A stretch of DNA of 64,000 nt, taken from Vulcanimicrobiota bacterium (lineage in GTDB: Bacteria; Vulcanimicrobiota; Vulcanimicrobiia; Eremiobacterales; Eremiobacteraceae). The stretch covers positions 192,001 through 256,000 of the forward strand of contig CAWDVP010000002.1 of NCBI GenBank assembly GCA_963805945.1, written 5' to 3'. The translations under genes and the position numbers were made by a program. Below, one piece after another: positions 1 through 10,254 of this stretch. A model generated the notes under the pieces. It saw only the letters and a list, made by a program, of their open reading frames with translations, was not told where the DNA came from and did not search any database. How positions within the stretch are numbered: position 1 is the stretch's first letter; every line of letters starts with the position of its first letter.

Positions 1-164
1 CCCAATCCGATCGCGCCGAGCGCTTGACCGAGCAGCACGAGCCGGTCCGGCTGCGCCCCCAGACCCATGCGCCGCAGCACGCGGCCGAACACGATCACGT
101 TGTGGCCCAGCCGCGAGAACCGTGCGACCTCGTCGGCGGCGAAGATCGGCGGACGCCCGCTCAC
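1..164 (-). CDS. CoxE-like VWA-domain protein, N-terminal part (runs off window)
   Basis: Manual translation VSGRPPIFAADEVARFSRLGHNVIVFGRVLRRMGLG. The GTG overlaps the stop of the upstream MoxR gene (GTGA), matching the usual MoxR-VWA pairing. Confidence 0.6.
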   Translation of the reverse strand, partial: MSGRPPIFAADEVARFSRLGHNVIVFGRVLRRMGLGAQPDRLVLLGQALGAIGL

Positions 165-1072
165 GCGCCTGCCGCCGCCTTGCGCGCGCGGTCGACGCGC
201 GCGTTCAACGCCGTCTCGCGCGCCTTGCCGACGTCTTCTTGATACTTGAGCAGGCAGCCGATGGTGTCGGAGACCACTTGCTCGTCGAGCGCCGTGCGCC
301 CGAGCGCGACCAGCGCAGCCGCCCAATCGATCGTCTCCGCGACGCCGGGATGCTTGTAGAACGATTCCGCACGCAGACCGGCGACGAGCGCGCACGCCTC
401 GAGGGCGAGCCGATGCCCGAGCCCCGGCACCTTCGACTCGACGATCTGCGCCTCGCGCGCGACGTCGGGGTAGTCGATCCAGTGATACAGGCAGCGGCGC
501 TTGAGCGCGTCGTGGACTTCGCGCGTCCGATTCGAGGTGAGCACGACGATCGGCGGCGTCCGCGCCGCGAATGTGCCGATCTCCGGTATCGTGACCTGGA
601 AGTCCGACAGCAGCTCGAGCAGGAACGCCTCGAACTCCTCATCCGCGCGATCGATCTCGTCGATGAGCAGGACCGCCGGTCCGCCCTCTCGTTCATCGAT
701 CGCCTGCAGCAGCGGACGCTTGATTAGGAATTCCGGCCCGAAGATCTCGCGTTCGATCGCCGCGCGCCCGTGCTCGCCGCCGCCCGCCTCTGCCAGCCGG
801 ATGTGGAGGATCTGTTTGGCGTAGTTCCATTCGTACAACGCGTGGTTGATGTCGAGGCCCTCATAGCATTGCAGGCGGATGAGGGGGCGGCCCAATCCGG
901 CGGCCAGCACCTTCGCGACCTCGGTCTTGCCGACGCCCGCTTCGCCTTCGAGGAAGAGCGGGCGTCCCAGGGTGAGAGAAAGGAAGATGGACACCGCGAG
1001 GCTGCGGTCGGCGACATAACGATGCTCGGCCAGCATCGCCTGCACGTCGTCGATGGAAGAAAACCCGGTCAT
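161..1072 (-). CDS. MoxR-family AAA+ ATPase (CoxD-like)
   Basis: Walker A GEAGVGKT, RLQCYEG, Walker B LLIDEIDRAD, TSNRTRE. Start taken at MTGFSSIDD. Confidence 0.9.
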   Translation of the reverse strand: MTGFSSIDDVQAMLAEHRYVADRSLAVSIFLSLTLGRPLFLEGEAGVGKTEVAKVLAAGLGRPLIRLQCYEGLDINHALYEWNYAKQILHIRLAEAGGGEHGRAAIEREIFGPEFLIKRPLLQAIDEREGGPAVLLIDEIDRADEEFEAFLLELLSDFQVTIPEIGTFAARTPPIVVLTSNRTREVHDALKRRCLYHWIDYPDVAREAQIVESKVPGLGHRLALEACALVAGLRAESFYKHPGVAETIDWAAALVALGRTALDEQVVSDTIGCLLKYQEDVGKARETALNARVDRARKAAAGA

Positions 1073-1166
1073 TCGCCTCGGATTCGCGCTCGACGCGCCG
1101 TCACCCCGCGCCCGCGAAGCGCCTCCTCGGCAGGGCCGTCCCGACGCTTTATCAAACCTGACGGAC

Positions 1167-1685
1167 GTGATTCGCTGGATTGCCGGCGCAGTCGTCGCGG
1201 TCGCGCTGGTGGTCCTCATCGCGGCGTTTTTCCCAAGCGGAGTCGATCGTGGGCGCGGCCCGACGCAAGTCGTCGGGATGGCCGCGCCGGACGTCAGCGT
1301 GGACCTGGTCAACGGCGGCACGCTCGACCTCGCCTCGCTGCGCGGCCACGACGTGCTGCTCAACCTGTGGGCGACGTGGTGCGGACCGTGCCGGCGGGAG
1401 ATGCCGGCGCTCGAGCGCTTGGCGCGCGAGCAGGGGGGTACGCTCGTCGTGATCGCGGTCGATCAGGGCGAGGAGCCGGCGACGGCGCGGGATTTCGCCA
1501 AAGCCTTCGGCGTCACGTTCCCGATCGCGGCGGATCGGGAGCAGCAGCTCGGGACCCAGCTGCACCTGGCGGGTCTGCCGAGCTCGTTCTTCATCGATAA
1601 GCGCGGCGTCATCCGCGAGGCCGTCGACGGCGAGATGACGTACGACACGATGCGCGCGAAGGCGCAGCATCTAGAAGGTATGTAG
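1167..1685 (+). CDS. TlpA/ResA-family thiol:disulfide oxidoreductase
   Basis: LNLWATWCGPCRREMP motif and an N-terminal membrane anchor. GTG start inferred. Confidence 0.85.
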   Translation: MIRWIAGAVVAVALVVLIAAFFPSGVDRGRGPTQVVGMAAPDVSVDLVNGGTLDLASLRGHDVLLNLWATWCGPCRREMPALERLAREQGGTLVVIAVDQGEEPATARDFAKAFGVTFPIAADREQQLGTQLHLAGLPSSFFIDKRGVIREAVDGEMTYDTMRAKAQHLEGM

Positions 1686-1724
1686 CGGTTGTTGCACAGC
1701 GCACGGGACCTCTTCCGGTTCTCC

Positions 1725-2335
1725 ATGAAGCCAGCCCAGCGCGCTGCAGCGCTCTCGCTGCTCGCGCTGTCCGCTGCGATCGCGGTGGCGTGCTCGAACA
1801 ACAGCTCGACCACCCCGACGGTCACCCCGACGCCGACGACCAGCCCCACCGCCACCGGACCGACCCCGACGCCGACGCCGGCGCCGCAGTACTTCGTGTC
1901 CATCGAATACAACGCGTCACCGACGCCGGACCCGACCTACGGCAACATCGACGGGTATGGTCTCATGACCACCGTGCCGACCTCGTCGCCCGTTCCGACG
2001 TCCGCGCCTCAGGGCATCATCACCGTCAACGCCAACTCCACCATCGTCTTCTTGAACTTCGACCGCATCACGCGCACGGTGTCGATCCTCGGGCCCGCCA
2101 ACGGGATGAACTGGCCGAGCACCTTCACCAACACGTGCGGGTTGAGCTGCCCGAACCCGCCCGCGGGCACGGCGATCACGTCGACCGAGTTCTCGGCGAT
2201 CGTCGGCGGCGCGTCCGGCGTGCCGACCTATTCGCTCATCTATTCGACCGGCGCCGTTCCCGGCATGTACTATTTCGGCGATGCGACGAACTACTGTCGT
2301 CGCCGTCCCTGCGCACCGTCATCATCGTCCAGTAG
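1725..2335 (+). CDS. Lipoprotein with PT-rich linker and cupredoxin-like C-terminal domain (frameshift near 3' end)
   Basis: Lipobox AVAC and a TP-rich linker. ITVNANSTIVFLNFD...PGMYYFGD continues as SLRTVIIVQ in another frame. Confidence 0.55.
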
Positions 2336-2709
2336 CGGGCGCAGCAAGACCCGAGAGATAGATATACACCTGATCCCCGGCCACCTCGAGATGGACGGTG
2401 CGCGTGCGGTCGTCCGCTAACGCGTAGGTCGCTTCGCGACCGGCTTCGTTGAGCGCGGACTGGACGTCGCGCGGCAACATGCCCGCATACCAATCGCGGA
2501 CCTTGTCGAACCGTATCCCAGGTGGTGAAGATCTCGATGATATGGCCGCCGTTCTGCGCGCGGATCGCCGCGGGCACGGCGACCACGGTAGCGCCGGGGT
2601 AGACCGGCAGATGCAGAGCGGAGCGCTCCGCGTTGTCGTGGCGCGCGCAGCCGGCGAGCAGCGCGAGCAGCGTCGCGCCGAGGATGAACGCGGCGGCGAC
2701 CGGTCTCAC
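2322..2709 (-). CDS. Hypothetical lipoprotein (frameshifted)
   Basis: MRPVAAAFILGATLLALLAGC lipobox and LPVYPGA. The C-terminal part HLEVAGDQVYIYLSG is in another frame. Confidence 0.5.
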
Positions 2710-3743
2710 GGTCGAGCGGCGACGCTCGCTTCGAGAGGCGGGACCACTTTGATGAAGTTCTCGACGAGCGCGTCGTAATCCGGCGAGCGGTAGTCTTCGA
2801 TCGTGCCCGCATCGCACAGCGCGGTGAGCGCTGGGTCGATCGGCAGCTGCGCGAGCAGCGGCGCGCCGCTCTCGACGACCAGCTGCACGCCTTTGCTCTC
2901 GCCGAACAGCTCGAACCGCTTGCCGGTGTCCGGATCCGCGAAGTACGACATGTTCTCCACGAGGCCCATGACGCGCGCGTTGAGCTGCTGGACGAGCTTG
3001 ACGGCCTTGCTCACGATCATGGTCGCGAGACCCTGCGGCGTGCTCACGAGCACGACGCCTGACACGGGCAGCGATTGCAGGACGGTGAGCGGCGCGTCGG
3101 ACGTGCCCGGCGGCAGGTCCACGAGCAGGTAGTCGATCTTGCCCCATTCCAGATCGTTGTAGAACTGTTTGATCGCGGTCGCGACCATCGGTCCGCGCCA
3201 GATGACCGCTTGGCTCTCGCCATCGAGGATGAGGTTCATCGACATGAGCGAGATGCCGCTGCGGGTGACCGGCGGATGCGGCTTGCCGTCCGCTCCCTGG
3301 TGCGGCCGTGCGGTGACGCCGAACAGTTTCGCCTGGCTCGGCCCGGTGATGTCGGCGTCGAGGATGCCGACCTCGAAGCCACGCCGCCGCAGCGCGACCG
3401 CGAGCAGTGCGGTCACCGTCGATTTGCCGACGCCGCCTTTGCCCGACATGATCGCGACGACGTGTTCGATGCCGGGTTTGCGCTGCCGCTCCATCGGCGG
3501 CACGGGGGCCGGCGGCTTGCGCCGTTGCGGCGGCACGGTGCCGTCCTTGACGAAGCGCTGCAGATCCGCCATGAGGGCGTCGAGATCGAGGCGGTGCGCG
3601 CTCGCGCCGCCGGCGATGCTCTCGCGGGTCGAGACATGACAGCCGGCGCACGGCAAGCCGTGCGCGCCGAACACCGCCTCCGAGCCCTTGTAGGTCTCGA
3701 CGACGTCGCGGATCAGGGTATCGGGAGAGAGCGTGCTGGACAT
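2706..3743 (-). CDS. Mrp/NBP35/ApbC-family P-loop ATPase with N-terminal DUF1858-like domain
   Basis: SGKGGVGKST, DADITGPS, WRGP, DLPPGTSD, ENMSY. N-terminal GLPCAGCH domain. Confidence 0.9.
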   Translation of the reverse strand: MSSTLSPDTLIRDVVETYKGSEAVFGAHGLPCAGCHVSTRESIAGGASAHRLDLDALMADLQRFVKDGTVPPQRRKPPAPVPPMERQRKPGIEHVVAIMSGKGGVGKSTVTALLAVALRRRGFEVGILDADITGPSQAKLFGVTARPHQGADGKPHPPVTRSGISLMSMNLILDGESQAVIWRGPMVATAIKQFYNDLEWGKIDYLLVDLPPGTSDAPLTVLQSLPVSGVVLVSTPQGLATMIVSKAVKLVQQLNARVMGLVENMSYFADPDTGKRFELFGESKGVQLVVESGAPLLAQLPIDPALTALCDAGTIEDYRSPDYDALVENFIKVVPPLEASVAARP

Positions 3744-4529
3744 CAACGGGTGCCTTCGACGGGCGTGCGCGGCGGAACTTCTGCGGCGAGCAGCGGCGTG
3801 ACGTCCTCCATGCGATTTTCACACGGATGGCCCGGTCCGAAGTAGTAGCGCGTGCTCACCGGGTCGCGGCCGAGCAGCACGATCGCGGACGAGCGGGTGC
3901 CGTACGCGTCCGGACGGTGGACGCATAGGCCGCCGTCCATCGCCGCGTTCGCCGGGCGCGTGGTCTTTCAAGAGCTCGTGGAGGCGCGGCACGAGCGACT
4001 TCGGCCTCTTCGGCGTCGGGGTCGAAACGCCGCGGCGAGCGCGAGCGCGCGCTGCGGCCTTTCGGGTGATCGCGCGAGTCGAACTCCCAATTGGTCACCG
4101 CGTGCACGCCGTCGGCGATGGGCTGGATCTCTATCATGCCGGCGCCGCTCTGCGCGGCGATGCCGCCGCGCGCGTCGAGCGCGACGAGCACGAACGGATT
4201 GAACGCGTCGCTGTCCATGGCACGCAGCGCCGTTTCGATCTCGGCGATGCTCGCGCGACGCGCCAGTTCGGCGACGAGCGGCCGCGCGAGCGCTTGGACG
4301 GGTCGTGCCGCCCGACGCCGCGGCGGTTGGTGAGCGCGACGACGATGCCTTTTTCCGACACCGCCAGCCAGGTGCCACCGGCGGTTTCATCGCGGCCGCC
4401 GACCACGAGCGGACGGTCGTACAGCCGCTGCGGTCCGGTCGCCGGGCGCCCTTCGAACTCATCGCGGTTCGCGGCGACGATCACCGGGAAGGCCGGGTGA
4501 CGGTTCTTCCACACGAGCAGCGTGCACAC
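3743..4529 (-). CDS. NRDE/TANGO2-family protein (frameshifted)
   Basis: CTLL...VAANRDEF, GGTWL, LTN and YGTRSS motifs spread over several frames. Confidence 0.8.
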
Positions 4530-4623
4530 AGCACGCCGCTTCTCGCAAGGAGCGGGTTTTCCGCTCGCGAACCCGACACAACCCAAAGCCCCCTTCTTTA
4601 TATGTGAGGAGCGGCGTTCTACG

Positions 4624-5895
4624 ATGCACACGTCATCCATTCGTCTTCTCTCCCTCGCGCGCGCTGCGGCGTTCGCATGCTGCGTGTCGCTCGCGTCCGT
4701 CGTGGTCGCCGGCTGCTCGCAACAGAGCTCGACGCCAGGCGGCGCGCCGGCCGGCACAGTGATCAAGATCGGCATCGATCTGCCGGTCTCGGGCGCTGAT
4801 GCGTCGATCGGCGTGCCGACGCAGTACGGCGCGCAGCTGGCGGTCAAGCAGGCCAACGAGAAGAAACTCGTGCCCGGCTTCACGCTCGAAGCCGACGTGC
4901 TCGACGACGCGGTCAACGGCGTCCACGATCCTGCTCAAGGCGCGAAGAACATCCAATCGTTCGGCGCCGACCCGGCCGTGCTCGCGGTCATAGGGCCGTT
5001 CAACAGCAATGTTGCTCGCGCGGAGATCCCGCTGTCGAATAGCCTGGGTCTCGCGCTCGTGAGCCCGTCGAACACCAATCCGACGCTCACCAAAGGGCCT
5101 GAGGCCCTGGGGATGCGCAAGGACCATCCGGACCAGATCACCTACTTCCGCGTCTGCACCACCGACGACATCCAAGGTCCCGCGGGCGCGACGTACGACT
5201 ACACGAAGCTCGGCGCGCGCAAAGCATACGTCATCGACGACAACGAGACGTATGGCAAGGGCGTCGCCGACGCGTGGGCGGCCGCGTTCGCCAAGCTCGG
5301 CGGCACGATCTTGGGCCACGACCACATCACCAAAGGGCAGCAAGACTTCCACGCGCTGCTCACGCGCGTGGCCGGCACCCATCCCGACATCGTGTTCTTC
5401 GGCGGCAACTCCTCGACCGGCGGCGGGCAAATCCGCAAGCAGATGCCGGATGCCGGAATCGGCGGCGTCACGTACGCCGGCGCGGACGGCATCAAAGACG
5501 ATCAGTTCCTCATAGACGCGGGCGCCACCGCGGACAACGTCTGGGCGACGGTCGCCTCGGTGAACGCGGAGAAGCTGCCCGCCGCGAGACAGTTCCTCGC
5601 CGACTATGAAGCGGAGTACCATCAGCCGGTGGGCGCGTATTCGGCCAACGCCTATGCCGCGACCCAAGCCGTCGTCGCCGCGCTCGCAGCGGCGGTGAAG
5701 GCTAACGGCGGCACGGCGCCGACCCGCGCGCAAGTGCTCGAGCAGCTGCGCGCGACCAAGGACCTGCCGAGCGTCATCGGCACCTTCTCGTTCGACGCCG
5801 CCGGCGACACCAACAACCGCATCATCTCGTTCTACGAGGCGCTCAAAGACAAGTGGAACTTCGTCACGCAGCAGAACTTCACGGGCCTGAAGTAA
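4624..5895 (+). CDS. livK: Branched-chain amino acid ABC transporter substrate-binding lipoprotein
   Basis: Lipobox VAGC, IKIGIDLPVSG, GPFNS, FRVCTTDDIQG. First gene of the liv cluster. Confidence 0.85.
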   Translation: MHTSSIRLLSLARAAAFACCVSLASVVVAGCSQQSSTPGGAPAGTVIKIGIDLPVSGADASIGVPTQYGAQLAVKQANEKKLVPGFTLEADVLDDAVNGVHDPAQGAKNIQSFGADPAVLAVIGPFNSNVARAEIPLSNSLGLALVSPSNTNPTLTKGPEALGMRKDHPDQITYFRVCTTDDIQGPAGATYDYTKLGARKAYVIDDNETYGKGVADAWAAAFAKLGGTILGHDHITKGQQDFHALLTRVAGTHPDIVFFGGNSSTGGGQIRKQMPDAGIGGVTYAGADGIKDDQFLIDAGATADNVWATVASVNAEKLPAARQFLADYEAEYHQPVGAYSANAYAATQAVVAALAAAVKANGGTAPTRAQVLEQLRATKDLPSVIGTFSFDAAGDTNNRIISFYEALKDKWNFVTQQNFTGLK

Positions 5896-5912
5896 CGGGC
5901 TAGCCGGCCCGC

Positions 5913-6833
5913 GTGGCGATCTTCCTCCAGCAGCTCATCAACGGCATAGCCCAAGGCGGGATGTACGCCCTTATCGCCTTGGGCTATACCATGGTCTATG
6001 GCATCGTCGAGCTCATCAATTTCGCGCACGGCGACGTGTTCACGCTCGGCACCTTCTTGTGCATCGCGATCCTCGCGATCATCGGGGTGACCGAGAGCGA
6101 TCACATCATCGGCGGCTGGCAAGGCGCGGGCATCGCGCTGCTCGTCATCGTCTTGGCGGCGCTGCTGTGCGGCGTCATCGGCGTGCTGATCGAACGCTTC
6201 GCCTACCGGCCGCTGCGCAACGCGCCGCGGCTCGCGCCGCTCATCACCGCGATCGGCGTCTCGTTCCTGCTCCAAGGCGTCATGCGCAACTGGAAGGGTC
6301 CGTCCGAGATCTCGTTCCCGCAGTTCTTGCCCAATCCGACCTTCTCGCTCGGCGGCGTCCACGTGGATGCGCGCGAGCTGCTCGTGGTGCTCGTCAGCAT
6401 CGTGATGATGATCGCGCTGCAGCTGTTCATCTACAACACGAAGCTCGGCAAGGCGATGCGCGCGACCGCGCAGGACCGCGACGCGGCGCAGCTCATGGGC
6501 ATCAACGTCAACTCGACGATCGCGTGGACGTTCTTCATCGGCTCGGCGCTGGCGGGCGTCGCCGGCTTCATCTCCGGCATCTATTTCGGCACCACGATGT
6601 TCACCAACGGCTACCAAGCGGGCCTCAAGGCGTTCACCGCAGCGGTGCTCGGCGGCATCGGCAACATCGGGGGCGCGATGCTCGGCGGCTTCCTCATCGG
6701 CATCGTGGAGGCGATGACGGCCCAGTACATCTCCGACCAGTGGACCAACGTCGTCGTGTTCTCCATCCTCATCCTCATCCTGGTGTTCCGCCCGAGCGGC
6801 CTGCTCGGCGAGCAGCTGCCGGAGAAGGTATGA
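5913..6833 (+). CDS. livH: Branched-chain amino acid ABC transporter permease
   Basis: QQLINGIAQGGMYALIALGYTMVYG, INFAHG, KAFTAAVLGGIG. Confidence 0.92.
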   Translation: MAIFLQQLINGIAQGGMYALIALGYTMVYGIVELINFAHGDVFTLGTFLCIAILAIIGVTESDHIIGGWQGAGIALLVIVLAALLCGVIGVLIERFAYRPLRNAPRLAPLITAIGVSFLLQGVMRNWKGPSEISFPQFLPNPTFSLGGVHVDARELLVVLVSIVMMIALQLFIYNTKLGKAMRATAQDRDAAQLMGINVNSTIAWTFFIGSALAGVAGFISGIYFGTTMFTNGYQAGLKAFTAAVLGGIGNIGGAMLGGFLIGIVEAMTAQYISDQWTNVVVFSILILILVFRPSGLLGEQLPEKV

Positions 6834-7915
6834 TGCGTCGCAGCGTGCGGCTGCCGTTCGGCTTCGGCGACGCCACGCCGCTGCAGGCGCTCGGCCTGAT
6901 CGCGGTCATCGCGCTCTTCCTCTTCCTGCCGTTGATCGACCGCAACGCCGGCCAGGTGTCCGCCGTCGCCGACGCAGGCTATTTTCTGCTGCTGGTGTTC
7001 GGCCTCAACATCGTGGTCGGCTTTGCCGGGCTGCTCGACCTCGGTTACGCCGCGTTCTTCGCCATCGGCGCCTACACGTATGCGATGGCCGCGTCGACGC
7101 AGTTCAATATCCACGTCAACTTCTGGCCGATGATGATCATCAGCGGTTGCGTCGCGGCGCTGTTCGGCCTCATCCTGGGCGCGCCGACGCTGCGCTTGCG
7201 CGGCGATTACCTTGCGATCGTCACCTTGGGCTTCGGTGAGATCGTGCCGCAGGTGTTCCTCAACCTCGACAAGTGGACGGGCGGCCCCAACGGCATCTCG
7301 AACGTCGATCAGCCGGTCTTGTTCGGCTACCACTTCGGCTTCAATCCGGTGCCGTACTACTATCTCTATGTCGCGGTCATCCTCATCGCCATCGTGCTGC
7401 TCAACAACCTGAAGCGCTCGCGCCTCGGGCGCGCCTGGATGGCGATCCGTGAGGACGAGCTCGCGGCGACGCACATGGGCATCAATCCGGTGACCACGAA
7501 ACTGCTCGCGTTCGCGATGGGCGCGTCGTTCGCGGGCGTGGCGGGCGCGATCTACGCCGCCAAGCTGACGCTCATCAGCCCCGACGAGTTCAACTTCTCC
7601 GTCTCGGTGACGATCCTCGCGGCGATCGTGCTCGGCGGCATGGGCAGCCTGCTCGGCGCCTTCGTCGGCGGCCTGCTGCTCGCGCTGCTCAACTTCATGG
7701 TCCTGCCGCAGGTCACCAACTGGACGCACGCGCTCGGCACCGCGTTCAACAATGACGCGCTCAAGAACGCCGACCTGCACTACATCATCTATGGCGCGAT
7801 CTTGGTGCTGGTGATGATCTTCAGGCCCGAAGGCTTGATCTCGAACGCCTCGCGGCGCGCGGAGCTGCATCACGCGCAGCCCGCGGCGTCGGCGTCTGCG
7901 GCGGGGGTCGAATAG
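6830..7915 (+). CDS. livM: Branched-chain amino acid ABC transporter permease
   Basis: GLNIVVGFAGLLDLGY, LRLRGDYLAIVTLGFGEI, AIREDE. Confidence 0.92.
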   Translation: MMRRSVRLPFGFGDATPLQALGLIAVIALFLFLPLIDRNAGQVSAVADAGYFLLLVFGLNIVVGFAGLLDLGYAAFFAIGAYTYAMAASTQFNIHVNFWPMMIISGCVAALFGLILGAPTLRLRGDYLAIVTLGFGEIVPQVFLNLDKWTGGPNGISNVDQPVLFGYHFGFNPVPYYYLYVAVILIAIVLLNNLKRSRLGRAWMAIREDELAATHMGINPVTTKLLAFAMGASFAGVAGAIYAAKLTLISPDEFNFSVSVTILAAIVLGGMGSLLGAFVGGLLLALLNFMVLPQVTNWTHALGTAFNNDALKNADLHYIIYGAILVLVMIFRPEGLISNASRRAELHHAQPAASASAAGVE

Positions 7916-7916
7916 C

Positions 7917-8676
7917 ATGGCGCTGCTCGAACTGCACCGTCTCACCAAGACGTTCGGCGGTCTCACCGCGGTCAAAGATCTGAACATGGCGGTGCCGATC
8001 GGTTCGATCTCGAGTCTCATCGGCCCCAACGGTGCCGGCAAGTCGACGGTGTTCAACGTCATCACCGGCATCTACGCGCCGACGGGCGGCGACGTCATCT
8101 TCGATGACCTTCCGCTCGCCGGACTCAAGCCGAACGCGGTGGCGGCGCGCGGCGTCATGCGCACCTTCCAGAACATCCGGTTGTTCGCGTTCATGACGCG
8201 TGCTTGAGAACGTCATGGTGGGCCGGCACGCGCGCATGCATGCCAACGCGGTCGACGGCGCGCTGCGCACGCCTCGGGCGAAAGACGAAGAGGAAGCGGT
8301 CAGGGCGCGCGCGTTCGAGCTGCTCGACTTCGTCGGCCTGACGAAGTACGCGGGCGAATGGGCGCGCAATCTCCCCTATGGCATGCAGCGGCGTTTGGAG
8401 ATCGCGCGCGCGCTGGCGGCCGATCCGCGGCTGCTGCTGCTCGACGAGCCCGCGGCCGGCGCCAATCCAGCCGAGAAACGCGAGCTCATGGAGCTGGTGC
8501 GTTCCATCCGCAGACCGCGGCGTCACCATCGTGCTCATCGAGCACGACATGAAGCTCGTCATGGGCATCTCCGATCGCGTGCACGTGCTCGATTACGGCG
8601 AGATGATCTGCGAGGGCGACCCGGCGACGGTCCGGCGCGATCCGCGCGTCATCGAAGCCTACCTCGGCAAGGGCGC

Positions 8677-8680
<4 letters not shown>
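7917..8680 (+). CDS. livG: Branched-chain amino acid ABC transporter ATP-binding protein (frameshifted)
   Basis: [38 protein letters not shown] and VIEAYLG across three frames. Confidence 0.88.
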
Positions 8681-9396
<716 letters not shown>

Positions 9397-9422
9397 ACCT
9401 CTCTTGGCGTGACGAGCGACCC

Positions 9423-9908
9423 CTACAGGCAGTAGGCTGGCGCGCTCTTGGCCTGGAGTTTGCTATTGAAGGCTTCGATCACGTAGCACGTGCCGTGAGG
9501 CGAGCTGACCAAGGTTTTGGATATGCCGGCGAGCGTGAGAGGCCATACCGCGTCGCCGACATGCTGGTTCCGGCCGCCATCGACGCGGAGCACGAGGAAA
9601 GCGGTCGCTTGACACTCGGAGGCGCGGCAAGACGGGCTCCAATCCCACACCAGGACGAACGCTGACCCTCTAAGCCACCCCAGGCAGCCTGTTTTGCCGA
9701 TCGGATTATCGTGCCCGGCGCAGGGGTCTACTTCCGGGTTCACTCCCTGCCCCTGCTCCACTCTGTGCACGTTGGTCGGCGCGTTCATCTGCACCATGAC
9801 CTTTATCGGGCCGGGCGATACCGGCGCGTTGAGGAACGCCGTTTGGCCGGTGGACGCCGACGCTAGGAGTGCGAGTGCGACTGAGAAGAGCGCCGCGAGG
9901 AGCTTCAT
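9423..9908 (-). CDS. Hypothetical secreted Cys-rich protein
   Basis: Signal peptide MKLLAALFSVALALLASA, upstream GGGAG SD, six Cys. Confidence 0.6.
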   Translation of the reverse strand: MKLLAALFSVALALLASASTGQTAFLNAPVSPGPIKVMVQMNAPTNVHRVEQGQGVNPEVDPCAGHDNPIGKTGCLGWLRGSAFVLVWDWSPSCRASECQATAFLVLRVDGGRNQHVGDAVWPLTLAGISKTLVSSPHGTCYVIEAFNSKLQAKSAPAYCL

Positions 9909-9930
9909 GTTGACTCTCCCTGTTTGCGAT

Positions 9931-10254
9931 TCACGGAGTCACCGGGTCGACGCGCAATTCGAGACCGGCCGTCGGCGCGCCGGGCGCGAACAGCGGGAAG
10001 CGCGTCGTGTTCAAGAACAGCAGCTTGCCTTTGTCCGAGATCCGCGCGTTGAGCGCGTACTTGTGCTTGGGATCGATCTTCGTAGGGTCGTAGGGCAGGC
10101 TGAACGCGATCGGCACCTGGTGCGTGGCCGGGATGTCCGCTGACGAGATCGTCACCATCGGCGCGTCTTCAAGCGTCACGTCGTCGATCGACATGTGGAC
10201 GACCGCCGTCGGGGTCAGCGCGATGCGCTGCACGTACGTGACGACACCGCTCAC
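9931..10254 (-). CDS. YbaY-like (pilotin-type) domain protein
   Basis: VSGVVTYVQRIAL..., QVPIAFSLPYDP, YALNARI, GKLLF. No signal peptide of its own. Confidence 0.7.
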   Translation of the reverse strand: MSGVVTYVQRIALTPTAVVHMSIDDVTLEDAPMVTISSADIPATHQVPIAFSLPYDPTKIDPKHKYALNARISDKGKLLFLNTTRFPLFAPGAPTAGLELRVDPVTP

